DNA of 61,334 nt, filler included, from 14 parts of 14 records of this genome joined end to end with filler, not necessarily neighbours in it; one strand, 5' to 3'; shown: positions 1 through 12,584, counted from the first letter of the whole stretch. The notes: generated from the sequence alone by a model not told the origin. Translations and numbers: made by a program.

Positions 1-751
1 ACTCCACAAGAATCCAACCCAGCCTGCGACTGCGCACTGCGGCGGTATTCACGCCGTATCGGTATCCCATGTATCATATCGCACTGTTCCAGCTACCGAG
101 GTACGGTAGAACGACCCGCGGCGCCGCCATGCACGCATGCAGCGCTAGCAGCGAAGGGCGCGAACGAACGCAAGAAATTGCCATCCCGTTCGTTACGTAG
201 CTACCCGACCGATGCAGCAGTTGGCGCTGATGGCGCTGGCCACGACGGCAGCGGTGGGCCAGGTGCGTTCGCCGCTGCCCTCGTGTCCAGCCGGCTTCAA
301 AGTCAACCCTTCAGCCCGGGGTACTTGGAGCACGCCCGCTCCGGATCCGCCGGTCGCATGCAATGCTACTGCTGTGCCAACGGCATGAACGTGTGAGTGC
401 TTTATCAACATCAGTAGCTACGGTCTGCCGGGTGATCCATATTGAGTATCAAACAATCATATGCAATAGCGCTCATTTTGCGCAAAATCACGACGCTAAT
501 TTGTTAGCGAAAAGACTTGTTTTGATATCTGCATCGTCTTGTGTAGTTGTTTGCAGTTGGCACTTTAATCATGGTGCAGGAGGTCCAGGCTTTGCTTTCT
601 GTGCAATCGATCTTCCAAAAGCTCTTTCGGAGCTTCGAAAGATCGGCGACTTCATAAGGGCATAATGCCTAGCTGCATTAGGTTACCAAGTTATACATAC
701 CATATACTGCAGTATATATACAGTAGGTCAGAAATAAGACGGTGCCTTGTG

Positions 752-2847
752 TCACCGCCCGGCCCCCTTTCCACCTCGTGATGGTCCTTTCCCTGCCATC
801 ACACCACTTTTTGGCCACGCCCCGCGCCCTCGAGCGCGCCCGGACCCTTCACCGCGGCCGCGACTGCCGCCGCGACTACCACCTCTCCCTCTGCCTCTCC
901 CTCCACCTCCACCTCGTCCGCCTGGCTTGCTACCACGATTGCCACCTGTTGCAGGTGCAACCTTCGAGGCAACGCGAACATTGATAGCTCTCTTCGCTCC
1001 ATCGGAGGCTGCTGTGATCTCAGACTGATGCATTGCTACAGCCTTGGTGCATTCGTCGACCGTCTTGAAATCAATGAACGCAATGCCTTTTGACTGCTTA
1101 GTTGTCTTGTCCTGTTATCAAAAACCAACCAGCAGCGTGGCAATACACGTGTGAGAGAGTAGATATTAGGCACACGGGCTGCAGGCGATGTAGAGACAGC
1201 TTCCGTAGTGCGTACCATCACAATACGGACAGCCATGTCCGAGCTAGACCCAGACTCGCAGCAGGTTGTGAAATGCGCTGCGATGTCTGCTGCCGTCACA
1301 GAAAAAGGCAGACCCTTCAACATGACCGTCTTCGATGCCTCTTCTGTTTCGGCGTCACTTCGCCCTTCCTGTTCGTTCCTCGCCATGCCATCGCCGTCGC
1401 TCTGAGTCTCCTCAGCATATTTGGCTTTCTTGGCAGCTTTCTCCGCAAAATGCGGAAGGGTAAGGTCTTCGTTCACGAAGCCTGCATCGCGCTGTTTGAT
1501 GAGTCCCATGAAGAAAGACGAACGATTCTTCACGTTGTCCAAGCCTTCGTTCGCATCGAGCTCGCAAAAGTCTGCAATCGATTGCTTGACTACCTCCATC
1601 GGCAAGACTTTCAGGTAGTTCAGAACCTGCTCGTCGCAGTCCTCCTCTTTCATACCCGACTTAGCCACGGCAGCGGTCACCAAGGCCTTGATCTCGTTTT
1701 CCTTCTCAGTACCGCGTCCAGCAATTTCCGACAATTTGCTCGGCGCCACAGCCTGTTCGATGCGATGCAATCACGCAACAGCGCCGCCTAAGCGCACGCA
1801 AGGCAAGAGGCGGGAGAGCGGACATGCCAAAGAATAGGTCCCTGCATTATCTAAGGTGATTTTTGGGCCGTGCATGCTGTTGCTTACAGGCCGGACGTTG
1901 ATCTGGCGCTTAGAGCCATCCTCTGCCTTAAAGGTCGACTGATGAAGAGCACAGGCGGCATTCATCGCATCGGTGTCCGGCATATCTATAAAGGCGACGC
2001 CCTTCGAGCGTCGTGTAGCTTTGTCGAAAACAATTCGGACAGCCATATCCTCGACATTGCAGCAGTCCTTAAAGTGCGCGACGATGTTTTGCTTCGTGGC
2101 TGTGTACGGCAGACCGTTGATGAAGATGGAGCAGGACTGGTCTGTACGCGCTGCGAATCCGGAGGCGTAGACCTTAGGGCCTGTGGCAGCAGCGGGCTCT
2201 GACGCCGCGCGCTTTGCGCCACGCTTGCGTGGATCTGCCTTCCCCTCGCTCAGCAGGTACGCGGCGCTGTCCTTGAGTAGACCGGCCATGCCACCAGGAT
2301 GAGGTGCCGAGCACTTGTAGCACGATGTTCGCGAGGCGTAGCAGTGAGCGCTGCAGCGCGCACACACCCAATCGCCAGGCTTGCCGCCCTCCGGCACCTG
2401 CACCGGATCGGATCCCGCGGAGTCCTTCTCATCGCCGTTGTCCGCTGCCGTAGCTGCTCCGGCGGGGTCACTGCTGGCGTCTGACGTGCCTTCATCGTCG
2501 GGCTCTTGCTTCCGCTTCCGCTTTGCTGCGCTGCTCTCGGTCTCGCCGTCCTCACCACCTGAATCGCTCTCGTCGCCTGCAGCCCACACCCCACCCTCCT
2601 CTTCGTCCGAAAAGTCCGATATCTCGCCGTCCGCACAGCCTGCAGCGTGTTCGGCCTCGAGCATCTGCATGGCGTCATCATCTCCTAGCGACTCCAGCTG
2701 CTCCTGCTCGCTCGCGAGCAGCGCCTGCAGCTCCGCCTCCAGCCCCGAGGGCACGGGCGGCGCGGGAACTGGCGCGGTCTCGGACTTGCTCTTCTTGTTC
2801 TTCTTGCTCTTCTTCGCCTTCTTCGCCTTCTTCTCCACCTCACCCAT
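752..2847 (-). CDS. Nucleolin-like RNA-binding protein (K-rich/acidic N-term, RanBP2 Zn finger, RRM, hnRNP-Q acidic/NURR-like domain, RRM, RGG tail); 3 exons
   Basis: GT-AG introns 1753-1887 (NVRP|AVAP) and 1112-1215 (RIVM|DKTT) join three ORFs in frame. Motifs: GDWVCARCSAHCYASRTSCYKC; RNP1-like SKGVAFID and SKGIAFID; C-terminal GGRGGGGGRGRGRGG. Confidence 0.88.
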
Positions 2848-3575
2848 CTCGAGAACCCCCCCAAATCACCTCCCCAATCCCCGCCAAAGCAGTGCAATCA
2901 ACCCAAGCTGTCGGAAAATGCGCCGCCGTTGGGCGGTGGCACCGCGTTGGATTCCGCATGCCGCCGGCGCCGCGCGCGCCGACCAGCAGGGCCAGGGGGT
3001 TGCAGAATTGCACCCCAGCAGAATTGCACCCCTTCCATGACCCCTTCCATGAATATGACCCTTCGGGAGACCATGCGAGAGACCCATTGAGAGAGCAGCA
3101 CTCTGAGGGAGATGAAATGACATCATGAAGACCGGCCGACTCGTCACTGCAAATTTGTCTAAATCAACTGTGATTTACTACAGTTAATTGAATTCACCGT
3201 TGTTTTAGCCAAACCTCAAGTTTTCCCGCTGTGACAGAATTCTGGATGCAATTCTGCAAATCCGGTCAAAACAACTGTGAGTATATGAACATGTGTGACT
3301 ATGACCCATATCCACCGTTGTTTTGGCTAAACTCGCAGTGATTTGCGCACTGACAGCCAGAATCTGGACTAGTCCGGACCGTCGCGCTGAGCTCCTGCAC
3401 AGCTGGCACGATGGCCCTCCGCGCTGCACGCCCGGTACGATGGCGGCCTTCCCCTCTGTTTTGCGCACCCCAGGCCGCCATAGATCAGGGGGTTGTAGAG
3501 GCGTGGGAGAGGGAGAGCGGTGGGAGGGTGAACGATGGTGCCGCTGTTTTGACAGCACCCCCCCCCCCCCCCCCC

Positions 3576-3675
3576 NNNNNNNNNNNNNNNNNNNNNNNNN
3601 NNNNNNNNNNNNNNNNNNNTTAATTAATTAANNNNNNNNNNNNNNNNNNNNNNNNNNNNNNNNNNNNNNNNNNNN
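3576..3675. other. Artificial contig spacer (first of 13)
   Basis: N44-TTAATTAATTAA-N44. The others start at 8768, 12340, 18141, 22840, 26746, 31831, 36049, 39348, 44237, 50230, 54392 and 57505. Confidence 0.98.
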
Positions 3676-3692
3676 CGCTTGAAGAGGTTTTT

Positions 3693-6600
3693 ATGTCGAT
3701 TGTGCGCAGCCAGAGAGCACAGTCATCTGTTTCGACAGGAAGTACTGGATATGCAGCATCGGAGCTTGAGACCACCAACTCCGCATCTGCTTTACAGATG
3801 GAACGTGGCTTTATCTCTCTGGAGCAGAGCAAACAGCGAGCCCTTCGCCTTGCTGCACCCGATGCCGATTTAGAGAGAACGAACTCTTCTGTTGCCCTTG
3901 CCAAGCGCACCGGCGGAACAAAATCGCAGGTGTCTGCGCTCGTGCTCAAGAACATCAGCTTCCAGAAACGGCAGCGCTGCACCAACTGTTGCCAAATCAT
4001 CATTCCAGCGATTCTTCTGTTCGTAGTCGTTATTATTCAGATGATTGTGGACACCACGTTCGAGGCCAAGTCCAAATGGGAGGTCAAGCGCAACCTTCCT
4101 AAGGAAGTAGATGTGGAGAATTTGATCCCAGCTATGGTTCGTGAGCTGGAGCTCGATCAAACCGAGCAGTATCTGAATGACATCGGGCAGTACTGCTACA
4201 GCGGTCAGCGCAACGATATTGTGGAGCTCTACTGTCCGACAGGCAACATCACCGATATCGTGTTTGCATCATATGGACATCCGATAGGAAGCTGTGGTGC
4301 CTTTGACTTGACACCTGGCTGCCATGCTGACAGCACAGAGACGGTCATCAGGACCCTTTGCATCGGACAGGAAAAATGCTATGTCAAAGCAGCGGAGGCA
4401 ACGTTTGGGGAATGGTCGCCAGCACAATGTAAGCCCAAGTGGGACGACGACGGGCCGGAAGACTCACTGGAGTTGCATGTCCAGATCGCGTGTGGGGGAC
4501 AGGTTGACCCCTTGGGCGGAGACACCACGGGCTTTGGTCCAGCTGACGCATCCCTCCGTGCCGCAATCGACTTGGCCGTGCAGAATACTGAGGCAGGAGA
4601 AGAGCTGCAGCAGCTGGTTTCTGTCGGTGTCTCAGAATTGGCTGTTACTGCGATCTCATTGCTTGACGCTCTGATAACCAACGACGCGCTCACTACCGAA
4701 CAGGTCGACGTAGTCGACTTTGGCTTCGTCAACGTCGACACGCTGTTCGAGACAGTAGGCGTAGATTTAAATCAGCAGGTCGGTGATGCACTGGCCAATC
4801 AACTGCGGGCTCTGAATCAGACTGTAGACATAAATATCGCCAGCTTGCTTGGCCGAGATAATCTTACATTTTCTTCATCGCAGCTGCTAAGAGGCGGAGC
4901 CGCTGCACCAGAGCTGAACACAACGCAGCTGGACTTGCTGGAGCAGGCTGGTTTGGCCTCGTTAGCGACGGGAGCGTTGGCTGACATACCCATTGACGTG
5001 GGTAGTGCTGTTGGTTTAAGAGACGGAACTACGGTCTCTGTCACCAGCGATCAGGTCGGTCAAGCTCTCGATGCAGCAAACATCACTCTAGGCGATCTTC
5101 TCGGGCTCGGACCTGGCAATGCCTCGCAAGTGGACCTGGCGTTGGAGATCATCCGGAACGCGAACGGAACACAGTTTTTCTTCGACATCGAAGGTGATCA
5201 GATCTCGACCCAGTTAGACATCACTCGGCAAATTCTCGGCACGCTGCCTGTATTATTCGGAGGAAGTTACGGGGATCAATTTGACGCGGACACTATCTCA
5301 AGCCAACTGATCGACCAGCTAGACGGAGCAGGCATTTCTTCGGCAGAAGTCATCATCGAAAACTCAGTTGAGTCTGTCATCGCAAATTTCTTCCAGTTTG
5401 GAAACACAGCCCCACTGACGCCACCAGTGATGATGTGGAGTACCCCGAAGGTGTTTAGCGTGTCGCCTGGCGCAGATTCTATCGGCGGTGGAGTCTGCAG
5501 GGACGTGCAAGGATGGCTCGACCAGATTGATAAGGAGGTTGCTGCGTCGAAGCACCACATCTACGACACCCTGGACGAAAACAAGTACAACCATCGCATG
5601 AGCAAGGATGAATTTGCTGAGACTGGGGCATACCTGTTGACTGAGCTTCCTTTCGCTGCTTTCATCTTTGATCCGAACAACAACGCAAGCACGGGCTCCG
5701 GTGGACACTTCAATTACACCGTGCAGGTTGAAACAGAGCAGATCTACATGTCCTGGTGGCTTCCGGTACAGTTATTTTATGGTGTTGACCCACGGAACGT
5801 GCTACTGAATTTCGTGGACAGTAGCATTGCGTACGGCCTAGACGGCAGAACCCGCATTGACACCGAGATTCAGGCCATGGACTACATGTTCAACCAGGCC
5901 AGGGCTCTTGCGGTTGCCGATCAGCTAGCGTACATTCTTTTCCCATTCGCGCTTACCTTCCTGCTGCCGGTGTTCGTGAACCTGATAGTGTATGAAAAAG
6001 AAGCCAAGCTCACAGAGTTGATGAAGATGAGTGGGATGCACATGAAGTACTACTGGCTAGTCAATTACGGCTACAATTATGCCATGTATGTCGTCGTTGT
6101 GGTCGCCTTCTCGATCTCTTGCTATAGTGTGCAAATCCGCCTGTGGACACAGACTAGCCCAGTCGTTTTATTCGCGCTCTTGTTCTTGTGGGGTCATGCA
6201 TTGGTGTCTCTAAGCTTTCTGATCAGCACATTGCTTGATCGAGACCTCACCAGCAGCCTGACTGGATACGTCATCGTTGTTGCTGGAGTGCTGGCTTCGC
6301 TAGTTTTCAATGCGACAGTATTTTACCGGGACGAACCACCGATGCTCTACATGATGTACGCCCCGCTCGCGTTTTATCGAGCCATCTTCATCATGACCAC
6401 ATCATGTAGTAGGTATGCTTGCATAACCGTGGCTGATATAGGACCGGAGATGCTCAGGATCTACTTCTATCTTATCTTCGACGCTGTGCTCTACTTGTTG
6501 AGCTCATTGTATTTGGATAAGGTACTGCCGAGCAAATACGGAGTACCGGAGCACCCACTCTATTTTCTGAAACCTTTGATTGCACGATTCAAGCGACGAA

Positions 6601-7775
6601 GTGCATCTGCGAAAGCTGAGCCACGCCCTGTCGTTGACGGTGACAACCCCAGCGCCGGTCGCGGTGACGCAGACCCGATGATGCAGTCTGGCGCGAGTGC
6701 AGCAGAAGCAGAGATGGAGCGCCGCCGAGGGCGGGGGCTGCCCACCGACGAAAGTGCAGATAGCCGCAAAGAGCGAGAAAAGATGTTGGGGCGCAACTCT
6801 GACGAGTTCGCCGTACAGATGCTTGGGCTCCACCATGAGTACGACCGCAGTGTCTTTGCAGACAAGGAGAAGGCCCGCGTGGCGCTCGTTGATTTGTTCT
6901 TGTCCATCGGTGCAAACGAGTCGCTTGCTCTGCTCGGGCCCAATGGCGCAGGCAAGTCCACCTTGATCTCTATCCTGACTGGGCTCTTCATGCCCACCAG
7001 TGGCACCGCCAGCGTGTGCGGTCTGGACATTCGCACGTCAATGCGGGACATTCACAAAATTATCGGTATCTGCCCTCAGTTCTCTATCCTGTGGGACACG
7101 TTGACCTGCGCAGAGCATCTGCTTTTCTTCGCTCGTTTGAAGGGTGTTCCCGCTGGTGAGCAAGATGGGTATGTTCGGCGTACGCTGGACCAGGTCGGGC
7201 TTGGGCTGGCTGCCGACCGGCTCGCAAAGAATCTCTCCGGAGGGATGAAGCGGCGGCTGAGCATCGCCATGGCGCTAGTTGGTGATCCGTTATTTCTTGT
7301 GATGGACGAGCCGACGACTGGTCTTGATCCGGAGACAAGGGAAGAGCTCTGGCGAACGTTGCTCCAGATCCGAGGCAGCGGTCCTGCTATCCTGTTGGCC
7401 ACACACGCGATGGACGAGGCCGAGCTGCTGTGCGGCAGAATCTCGATACTCTCGCGCGGTACGCTCAAATGTGTAGACGATCCCCACACACTTCGAGAGC
7501 GATTTTGCCCGAGCTACACCCTCAACGTCAATTTCGCACAGGGTTTCAACAAGGAAGTGGTGCTAGAGCTGCTTCCTGACTGTGAGGTAGTGTCCGAGTT
7601 TGAGTCATCGGCAAGTTTCGAAATTCAGCCGGCGGAAGCTAGGCACATGAGCACGATCTTCAGGAGCATGGAGGCGGCAATTGAGGGGGGCAAGGTGGCG
7701 GACTGGGGTTTGGTCCGCGGAGGGCTAGAGGGTGTATTTCTTGATGTTGTGCAGGACGAAATCATTTCGCACTAA
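3693..7775 (+). CDS. ABCA-subfamily half transporter with a SUEL-type lectin domain in the exocytoplasmic region (may be 5'-partial)
   Basis: 1360-aa ORF. N-terminal TM after KNISFQKR; IVYEKEAKLTELMKMSGM; Walker A GPNGAGKST, signature LSGGMKRRLS, Walker B MDEPTTGLDP, H-loop THAMDEAE. Confidence 0.93.
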   Translation: MSIVRSQRAQSSVSTGSTGYAASELETTNSASALQMERGFISLEQSKQRALRLAAPDADLERTNSSVALAKRTGGTKSQVSALVLKNISFQKRQRCTNCCQIIIPAILLFVVVIIQMIVDTTFEAKSKWEVKRNLPKEVDVENLIPAMVRELELDQTEQYLNDIGQYCYSGQRNDIVELYCPTGNITDIVFASYGHPIGSCGAFDLTPGCHADSTETVIRTLCIGQEKCYVKAAEATFGEWSPAQCKPKWDDDGPEDSLELHVQIACGGQVDPLGGDTTGFGPADASLRAAIDLAVQNTEAGEELQQLVSVGVSELAVTAISLLDALITNDALTTEQVDVVDFGFVNVDTLFETVGVDLNQQVGDALANQLRALNQTVDINIASLLGRDNLTFSSSQLLRGGAAAPELNTTQLDLLEQAGLASLATGALADIPIDVGSAVGLRDGTTVSVTSDQVGQALDAANITLGDLLGLGPGNASQVDLALEIIRNANGTQFFFDIEGDQISTQLDITRQILGTLPVLFGGSYGDQFDADTISSQLIDQLDGAGISSAEVIIENSVESVIANFFQFGNTAPLTPPVMMWSTPKVFSVSPGADSIGGGVCRDVQGWLDQIDKEVAASKHHIYDTLDENKYNHRMSKDEFAETGAYLLTELPFAAFIFDPNNNASTGSGGHFNYTVQVETEQIYMSWWLPVQLFYGVDPRNVLLNFVDSSIAYGLDGRTRIDTEIQAMDYMFNQARALAVADQLAYILFPFALTFLLPVFVNLIVYEKEAKLTELMKMSGMHMKYYWLVNYGYNYAMYVVVVVAFSISCYSVQIRLWTQTSPVVLFALLFLWGHALVSLSFLISTLLDRDLTSSLTGYVIVVAGVLASLVFNATVFYRDEPPMLYMMYAPLAFYRAIFIMTTSCSRYACITVADIGPEMLRIYFYLIFDAVLYLLSSLYLDKVLPSKYGVPEHPLYFLKPLIARFKRRSASAKAEPRPVVDGDNPSAGRGDADPMMQSGASAAEAEMERRRGRGLPTDESADSRKEREKMLGRNSDEFAVQMLGLHHEYDRSVFADKEKARVALVDLFLSIGANESLALLGPNGAGKSTLISILTGLFMPTSGTASVCGLDIRTSMRDIHKIIGICPQFSILWDTLTCAEHLLFFARLKGVPAGEQDGYVRRTLDQVGLGLAADRLAKNLSGGMKRRLSIAMALVGDPLFLVMDEPTTGLDPETREELWRTLLQIRGSGPAILLATHAMDEAELLCGRISILSRGTLKCVDDPHTLRERFCPSYTLNVNFAQGFNKEVVLELLPDCEVVSEFESSASFEIQPAEARHMSTIFRSMEAAIEGGKVADWGLVRGGLEGVFLDVVQDEIISH

Positions 7776-7823
7776 TACACCCAATCGAACACTTCATGGA
7801 AACGCTTCGGCACACGTCACTTC

Positions 7824-8767
7824 TCAGTGCGCCGCCGTCGCCGCCGTCCGTGGTTTCTCAGAATCATGCAACGCCGACATGATCTTCATTCTCGCACCCA
7901 ATGGTATATCCATCTCTGCTAAATGCTTCTCTTCCAGGTGTAGGAGTACGTCGAAGTCGATTGCGTGCGCCGAGAAGACCCCAGCAAACTGCTCAAGACC
8001 GCGTGCGGAGAGCCATTCGTAGAAGGGGAAATCGGTGCACTTCTGCTCCAGCAACGCGGCGACCTGGCGCGTTGCGAGATCGGCCGCAGTTTTACCGTTG
8101 CTTGCCACAATATCCTGCTCAGCCCCCGCCGTAAGTAGTACCATGGCCACCCCCACGTGCGAAGCCTCGGCCGCAACGTGCAATGGCGTCCTGCCGGAGC
8201 TGTCGCGTGCGTTCGGGTCGGCGTCCGCGTCGAGCAGTAGTTCGGCCACTTCGTTCGCGCCGTACTCAGCACACCAGTGCAACGGCGTTGCGCCAAAAGC
8301 ATTCACCTGCTGGACGTTGGCACTGCACTCCAGGAGGAGCTTGGCGATCTGTGTGTGGCCCCACAGCGACGCGAAATGCAGACACGTCTGCCCCTCGACC
8401 GTTTGCGAGTTGACACTGGCACCAGCAGCCAGAAGCAGGCGCAGCGACGCGGGGTCGGGGTTGATCGCGGCGTAGTGCACCGGCATCCATCCCTCCGCGT
8501 TGGTGGTCGCGAGCGCCTCCTCGATCGCTGCGCCGAGCTGAGCGATCGCTTGCTCTACTTTCCTCGCGTCGCCGGTCGCTGCGGCATCGTGCAGCGGTTC
8601 GATCCCCGACCCGATCCCCGTCCCCTCGAAAGGCTCGCCAAGCTCTCTCGAAGAACTCGCCGCATCCACAATCGGTGAGGCCGCCTCGTCTGCACTAGGC
8701 GAGCGAGCCGGCTCCGCGGGCGGTTCCTGCTCCAGCCCCGGCTCGGGCTCGGGCTCGGGCTCGGGCT
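7824..8767 (-). CDS. Ankyrin-repeat protein with C-terminal SAM domain (5'-truncated, EP repeat at contig end)
   Basis: Repeats GWMPVHYAA, GQTCLHFAS, GATPLHWCA, GRTPLHVAA; SAM-like WLSARGLEQFAGVFSAHAIDFDVLLHLEEKHLAEMDIPLGARMKI. Confidence 0.9.
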
Positions 8768-9102
8768 NNNNNNNNNNNNNNNNNNNNNNNNNNNNNNNNN
8801 NNNNNNNNNNNTTAATTAATTAANNNNNNNNNNNNNNNNNNNNNNNNNNNNNNNNNNNNNNNNNNNNAAAACCAGCGGCTCAGGGCGGTCCGCGGAGTCC
8901 CCCGCGGGTGCAATGAGGGTGCATTCGGGATCCCGGTGCCGGATCCCGGTGAGTTCTATATAGAATGTGTACTATTTACTCCACAAAGATCATCGATTTT
9001 TGGTTCCCCGCGGTGCTGGCGCTGTGGGGGCTGCTGCTGCTGTGCTGGCTGCTGCTGTGCTGGCTGCTGGTGCTGGTGGCTGCTGCAGTTGGCGGTTAGA
9101 TC

Positions 9103-12013
9103 ATGTCGCGGCGTGGCGGGTACCAGAAGGTGAGCATGGACGACTCGGACCGGCTGGAGGAGGAGAATGAGACGGAGTCGTTGCTGGGTGCGGCTGCTGC
9201 CGGCGGCGGCGGCGGCAGCGGCGGCTCGCAGGCGGAGAGGGCGAAGCGGAGCACCTCGCACTACTACGACGAGTCGCACCTCACCGAGAACTTCACGGAG
9301 ACGGAGCTCAACTCAGAGTACGACCGCTGGGGCTTCAGCGAGATGGCGCAGGCTGCAGCCACCGCGGCAGGGAACGTCACCCCCGAGCAGATGGCGGGCA
9401 GCATCAAGACCGCGTGCTTTTTCTTGCGCTGGCTGCCCACCTACGACCGCAAAAACCTCATGGCGGACGTGTCAGCCGGTGTGACTGTCGGCGTCGTGCT
9501 CGTGGCGCAGGGCGTCGCCTACGGCTTGCTCACGGGCCTGCCGGCGTACTACGGCCTGTACGCCTCGATCCCGCCGGCGTTCATGTACGCGCTGCTCGGG
9601 ACGAGCCGCCAGATGCACATCGGCCCGTTCGCGCTGGTGTCCCTGCTCGTGGCGGAGGGATGTGTCAACGGTGGTTACGATCCGGAGGTCGACCTGCGCG
9701 CGTACACCGATGCTGTGATGACGATGTCGCTCGTGTGCTCGTTCATTTACCTCGCGATGTGGGTGCTGCGGCTCGGCTTCCTGGTTGAGATCCTCTCGGA
9801 CCCGACCATGTCGGCGATGACGACGGCCTCTGCGTTTCTGATATGCACCTCGCAGATGCGCCACTTCTTCGGGCTGAACGGCATACCTCGGGCGTCGTTC
9901 CTCGAGACCTGGGCCGCCATCATCTCCAAGCTGCCAGAGACGAACTGGATCTGCGTCTTCATCGCAGTGGCCAGCTTGGCGATGCAGTTCGGCATCGCGA
10001 AGCTCAACAAGAAGCTCAAGCTCAAGGTCCCGATCCCTGAGCAGCTGGTCGTGGTCATCGTCAGCACCTGGTTCGTCTGGCAGTTCTCACTTGATACCGC
10101 GTGCTTCGAGCGTGCCGATATTCCGCTTCCGGACGTCGACTTGCCTGAGTGCTCCAGCTACTACACCAACGGCGCGCCTGCTGGCAATGAGACGACAATC
10201 ATCCCGGCGGACACCGACTGCCCCGCAGACCGCTGCTACTGGGACGATACGCAGAACGTCCGAACGCTCGGTTACGTGCCGTCGGGGCTGCCGAGCCTTT
10301 ACGTCCCAGACGTTTCCTCGGCGGGAGACACACTGGAGGGATCGATCGTGGTCGCAGTGGTCTCCATCGCCCTATGCATTGCGACTGCCAAGACGTTTGC
10401 AGACAAGAACGGCTACGAGATCGACACAAATCAAGAACTGCTGGCCCTCGGTGTCGCAAACCTTGTCGGCGGTGTCTTTCAGTGCTACCCGGCTGCGTCC
10501 TCGCTATCGCGCTCAGCACTCGCGCAAGCTGTCGGTGCGAAGACCCAGCTTTGGAACGTGTTCTGCTGCGCAATCATTGTGCTGGTGCTGCTGTTTTTGG
10601 TGGATTTGCTCCGCACGCTTCCAAACGCTGCCTTGGCCGCTATCATCCTGATCGCGTTCAAGTCAATCCTCAACCAGCTCTCTGAAGTCAAGCGCCTCTG
10701 GGCGCTGTCGAAGCCAGACTGCTTCGTGTGGGTCACCACCTTCGTCACCTGCCTGGCCTTCGGCGTCAAGATTGGCATCGGCTGCGGCATTGTCGCATCG
10801 ATCGGCGCCACACTCAAAACAAGCCTGCGCCCGTACCACGCCCTTCTGGGACGACTGCCGAAGACGGAAATTTACCGAGATGTGCGGCGCTACCCGGATG
10901 CAGTGCAGGACCCGGGCGTAGTCATCTTCAGATTCGACGGCCCGATTGTGTTTGCCAACCGTGACTTCCTCAAGCAGACGCTTGCAGGCATCATCGCGGA
11001 CAAACAGGCTCGTGGTGCTTCGCGTGACGCCAGTTCGCATGACGACAACGACCCCATAGATCTTATCGATGAGCAGACAGCAGCCGAGGAGGTGTGACTT
11101 GTGTCCTCTACTTTCTCTGCCGCGCCGCTGCCGCTGCCTGCTGCCACCGCCAGAACACCTCGCTACCAGATGACGAATCTTGCTCCCCCTTTCACAACAG
11201 CTGCTGCGAGTCCTGAACGCAACGGCGTCTTGTCATCTGCAAGCTGACCTGAAGCGTCTGTTTGTCTTGTTTGTCTGATCTCACCCGCAGGCTGCAAAGC
11301 TGACGGCTGAAGATTCGAAGCCAATCGACAAGCTGTTTGTCTCCATGCACGCAGCTGTTGAGTACTCTCACCGCCGTGGGCGCGTTCGGCACGCGTTGTC
11401 CGACGGTCGCGCGTCACAAATTCACACGGTGATTCTTCAGTTCACCTCCGTGAACATGATTGACTCATCCGGCCTCTCCACCTTGCGAAAACTCTTCAAC
11501 GAGATGAAATCCGGCGCATTGGACGGCCCGCCGCAGGAGTCGCATACCGTCGAGGGTACGATGTCGAGGTCGATGCGCAACCTTGAAGAAACCGTGGCCA
11601 AGCCAGTGGGCAGAGGTGGAGCGCCCCAGCCACTGCCTGAGTTTTGCACGGGTATGGCAGTCGTGCTGGTCGGATGCACAGGAACGGTGAGGGATACTCT
11701 ATATGCTGCTGATATGGCGGCGAGGACGAAGCCTGCCTTGACCCCTCTGAATGTGGCAACTGCCGCCACGCACTGGCATCGTTCCTCGTCTGTGGGTCGT
11801 CTCCAGCTCGCAGGCAGTGATATTGGACCCTCAGAGACTGCGCTCTCACCTGCTGTCTCCGCCGGTGACACCATGGGGTCACCGAATGCATCGCCGCGGC
11901 TCAACGACGAGCATGAGTACGAGCAGCGTCCACCAATTTCACCAGAAGACGGCGGGAAGAGTGGGAGCAACAGCGGAGAGGAGTTCCAAGCTGACTTTGG
12001 CGAAAAGAAGTGA
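9103..12013 (+). CDS. SLC26/SulP anion (sulfate) transporter with STAS domain; 2 exons
   Basis: ADVSAGVTVGVVLVAQGVAYGLL, YGLYAS, GTSRQMHIGP, NQELLALG, SLSRS. Intron 11092-11290 joins in frame to STAS VILQFTSVNMIDSSGL. The 3' end is uncertain. Confidence 0.93.
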
Positions 12014-12584
12014 TTCGCGAAGACAAAATGATTACCGTTTTTTTCGAAGTTAAAGGCGGCGACGTTGCCTTCATCGTGGCACAATAGAAGGAGCAGCAGC
12101 CGGCACAATGTTGCCAGCTAGGCTTCGCCACTGTCTAGTGGCCTCCACTAATCGACCAAAAAGGGTCTGTGAGAGGCCACAGCCGAGGGACAACGCAGAA
12201 CGTCCCGCTGAACCTTGTCATCGGCACATGGCTGATTTCGTAAACACGACTGAAACTCAAGTTGCTCCCGTCCTACACCGCTGCGCGCTGTCACCATCAC
12301 TCTGCCGACGTGCTGTCTTGCCTAGGACACTGCACTACGNNNNNNNNNNNNNNNNNNNNNNNNNNNNNNNNNNNNNNNNNNNNTTAATTAATTAANNNNN
12401 NNNNNNNNNNNNNNNNNNNNNNNNNNNNNNNNNNNNNNNGGGGGGGGGGGGGGGGGGGGGGGGGAAGTGATCACTTGAACACGGACGGTGGTGTGGTGGC
12501 CAGCAGCTGTAGCAGCGTGTACACACGGCTGGCCACCTGGCTGGCTACGGAGGAGAGGGGAGGGGAGGGGAGGGGAGGGGGGCG

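Noticed and set aside
212-665. Possible small secreted protein starting MQQLALMALATTAAVGQ
   Set aside because: No convincing exon chain or recognisable family could be built
1771-1773. In-frame TGA between two ORFs suggesting readthrough or selenocysteine
   Set aside because: The TGA lies inside a canonical 135-nt GT-AG intron (1753-1887)
3000-3065. Short direct repeats (GCAGAATTGCACCCC x2, CCCCTTCCATGA x2)
   Set aside because: Simple local duplications with no spacer structure or evidence of a mobile element
9029-9088. Gln-rich antisense ORF from a CTG-rich tract
   Set aside because: Low-complexity sequence in the probable 5' UTR of the SulP gene
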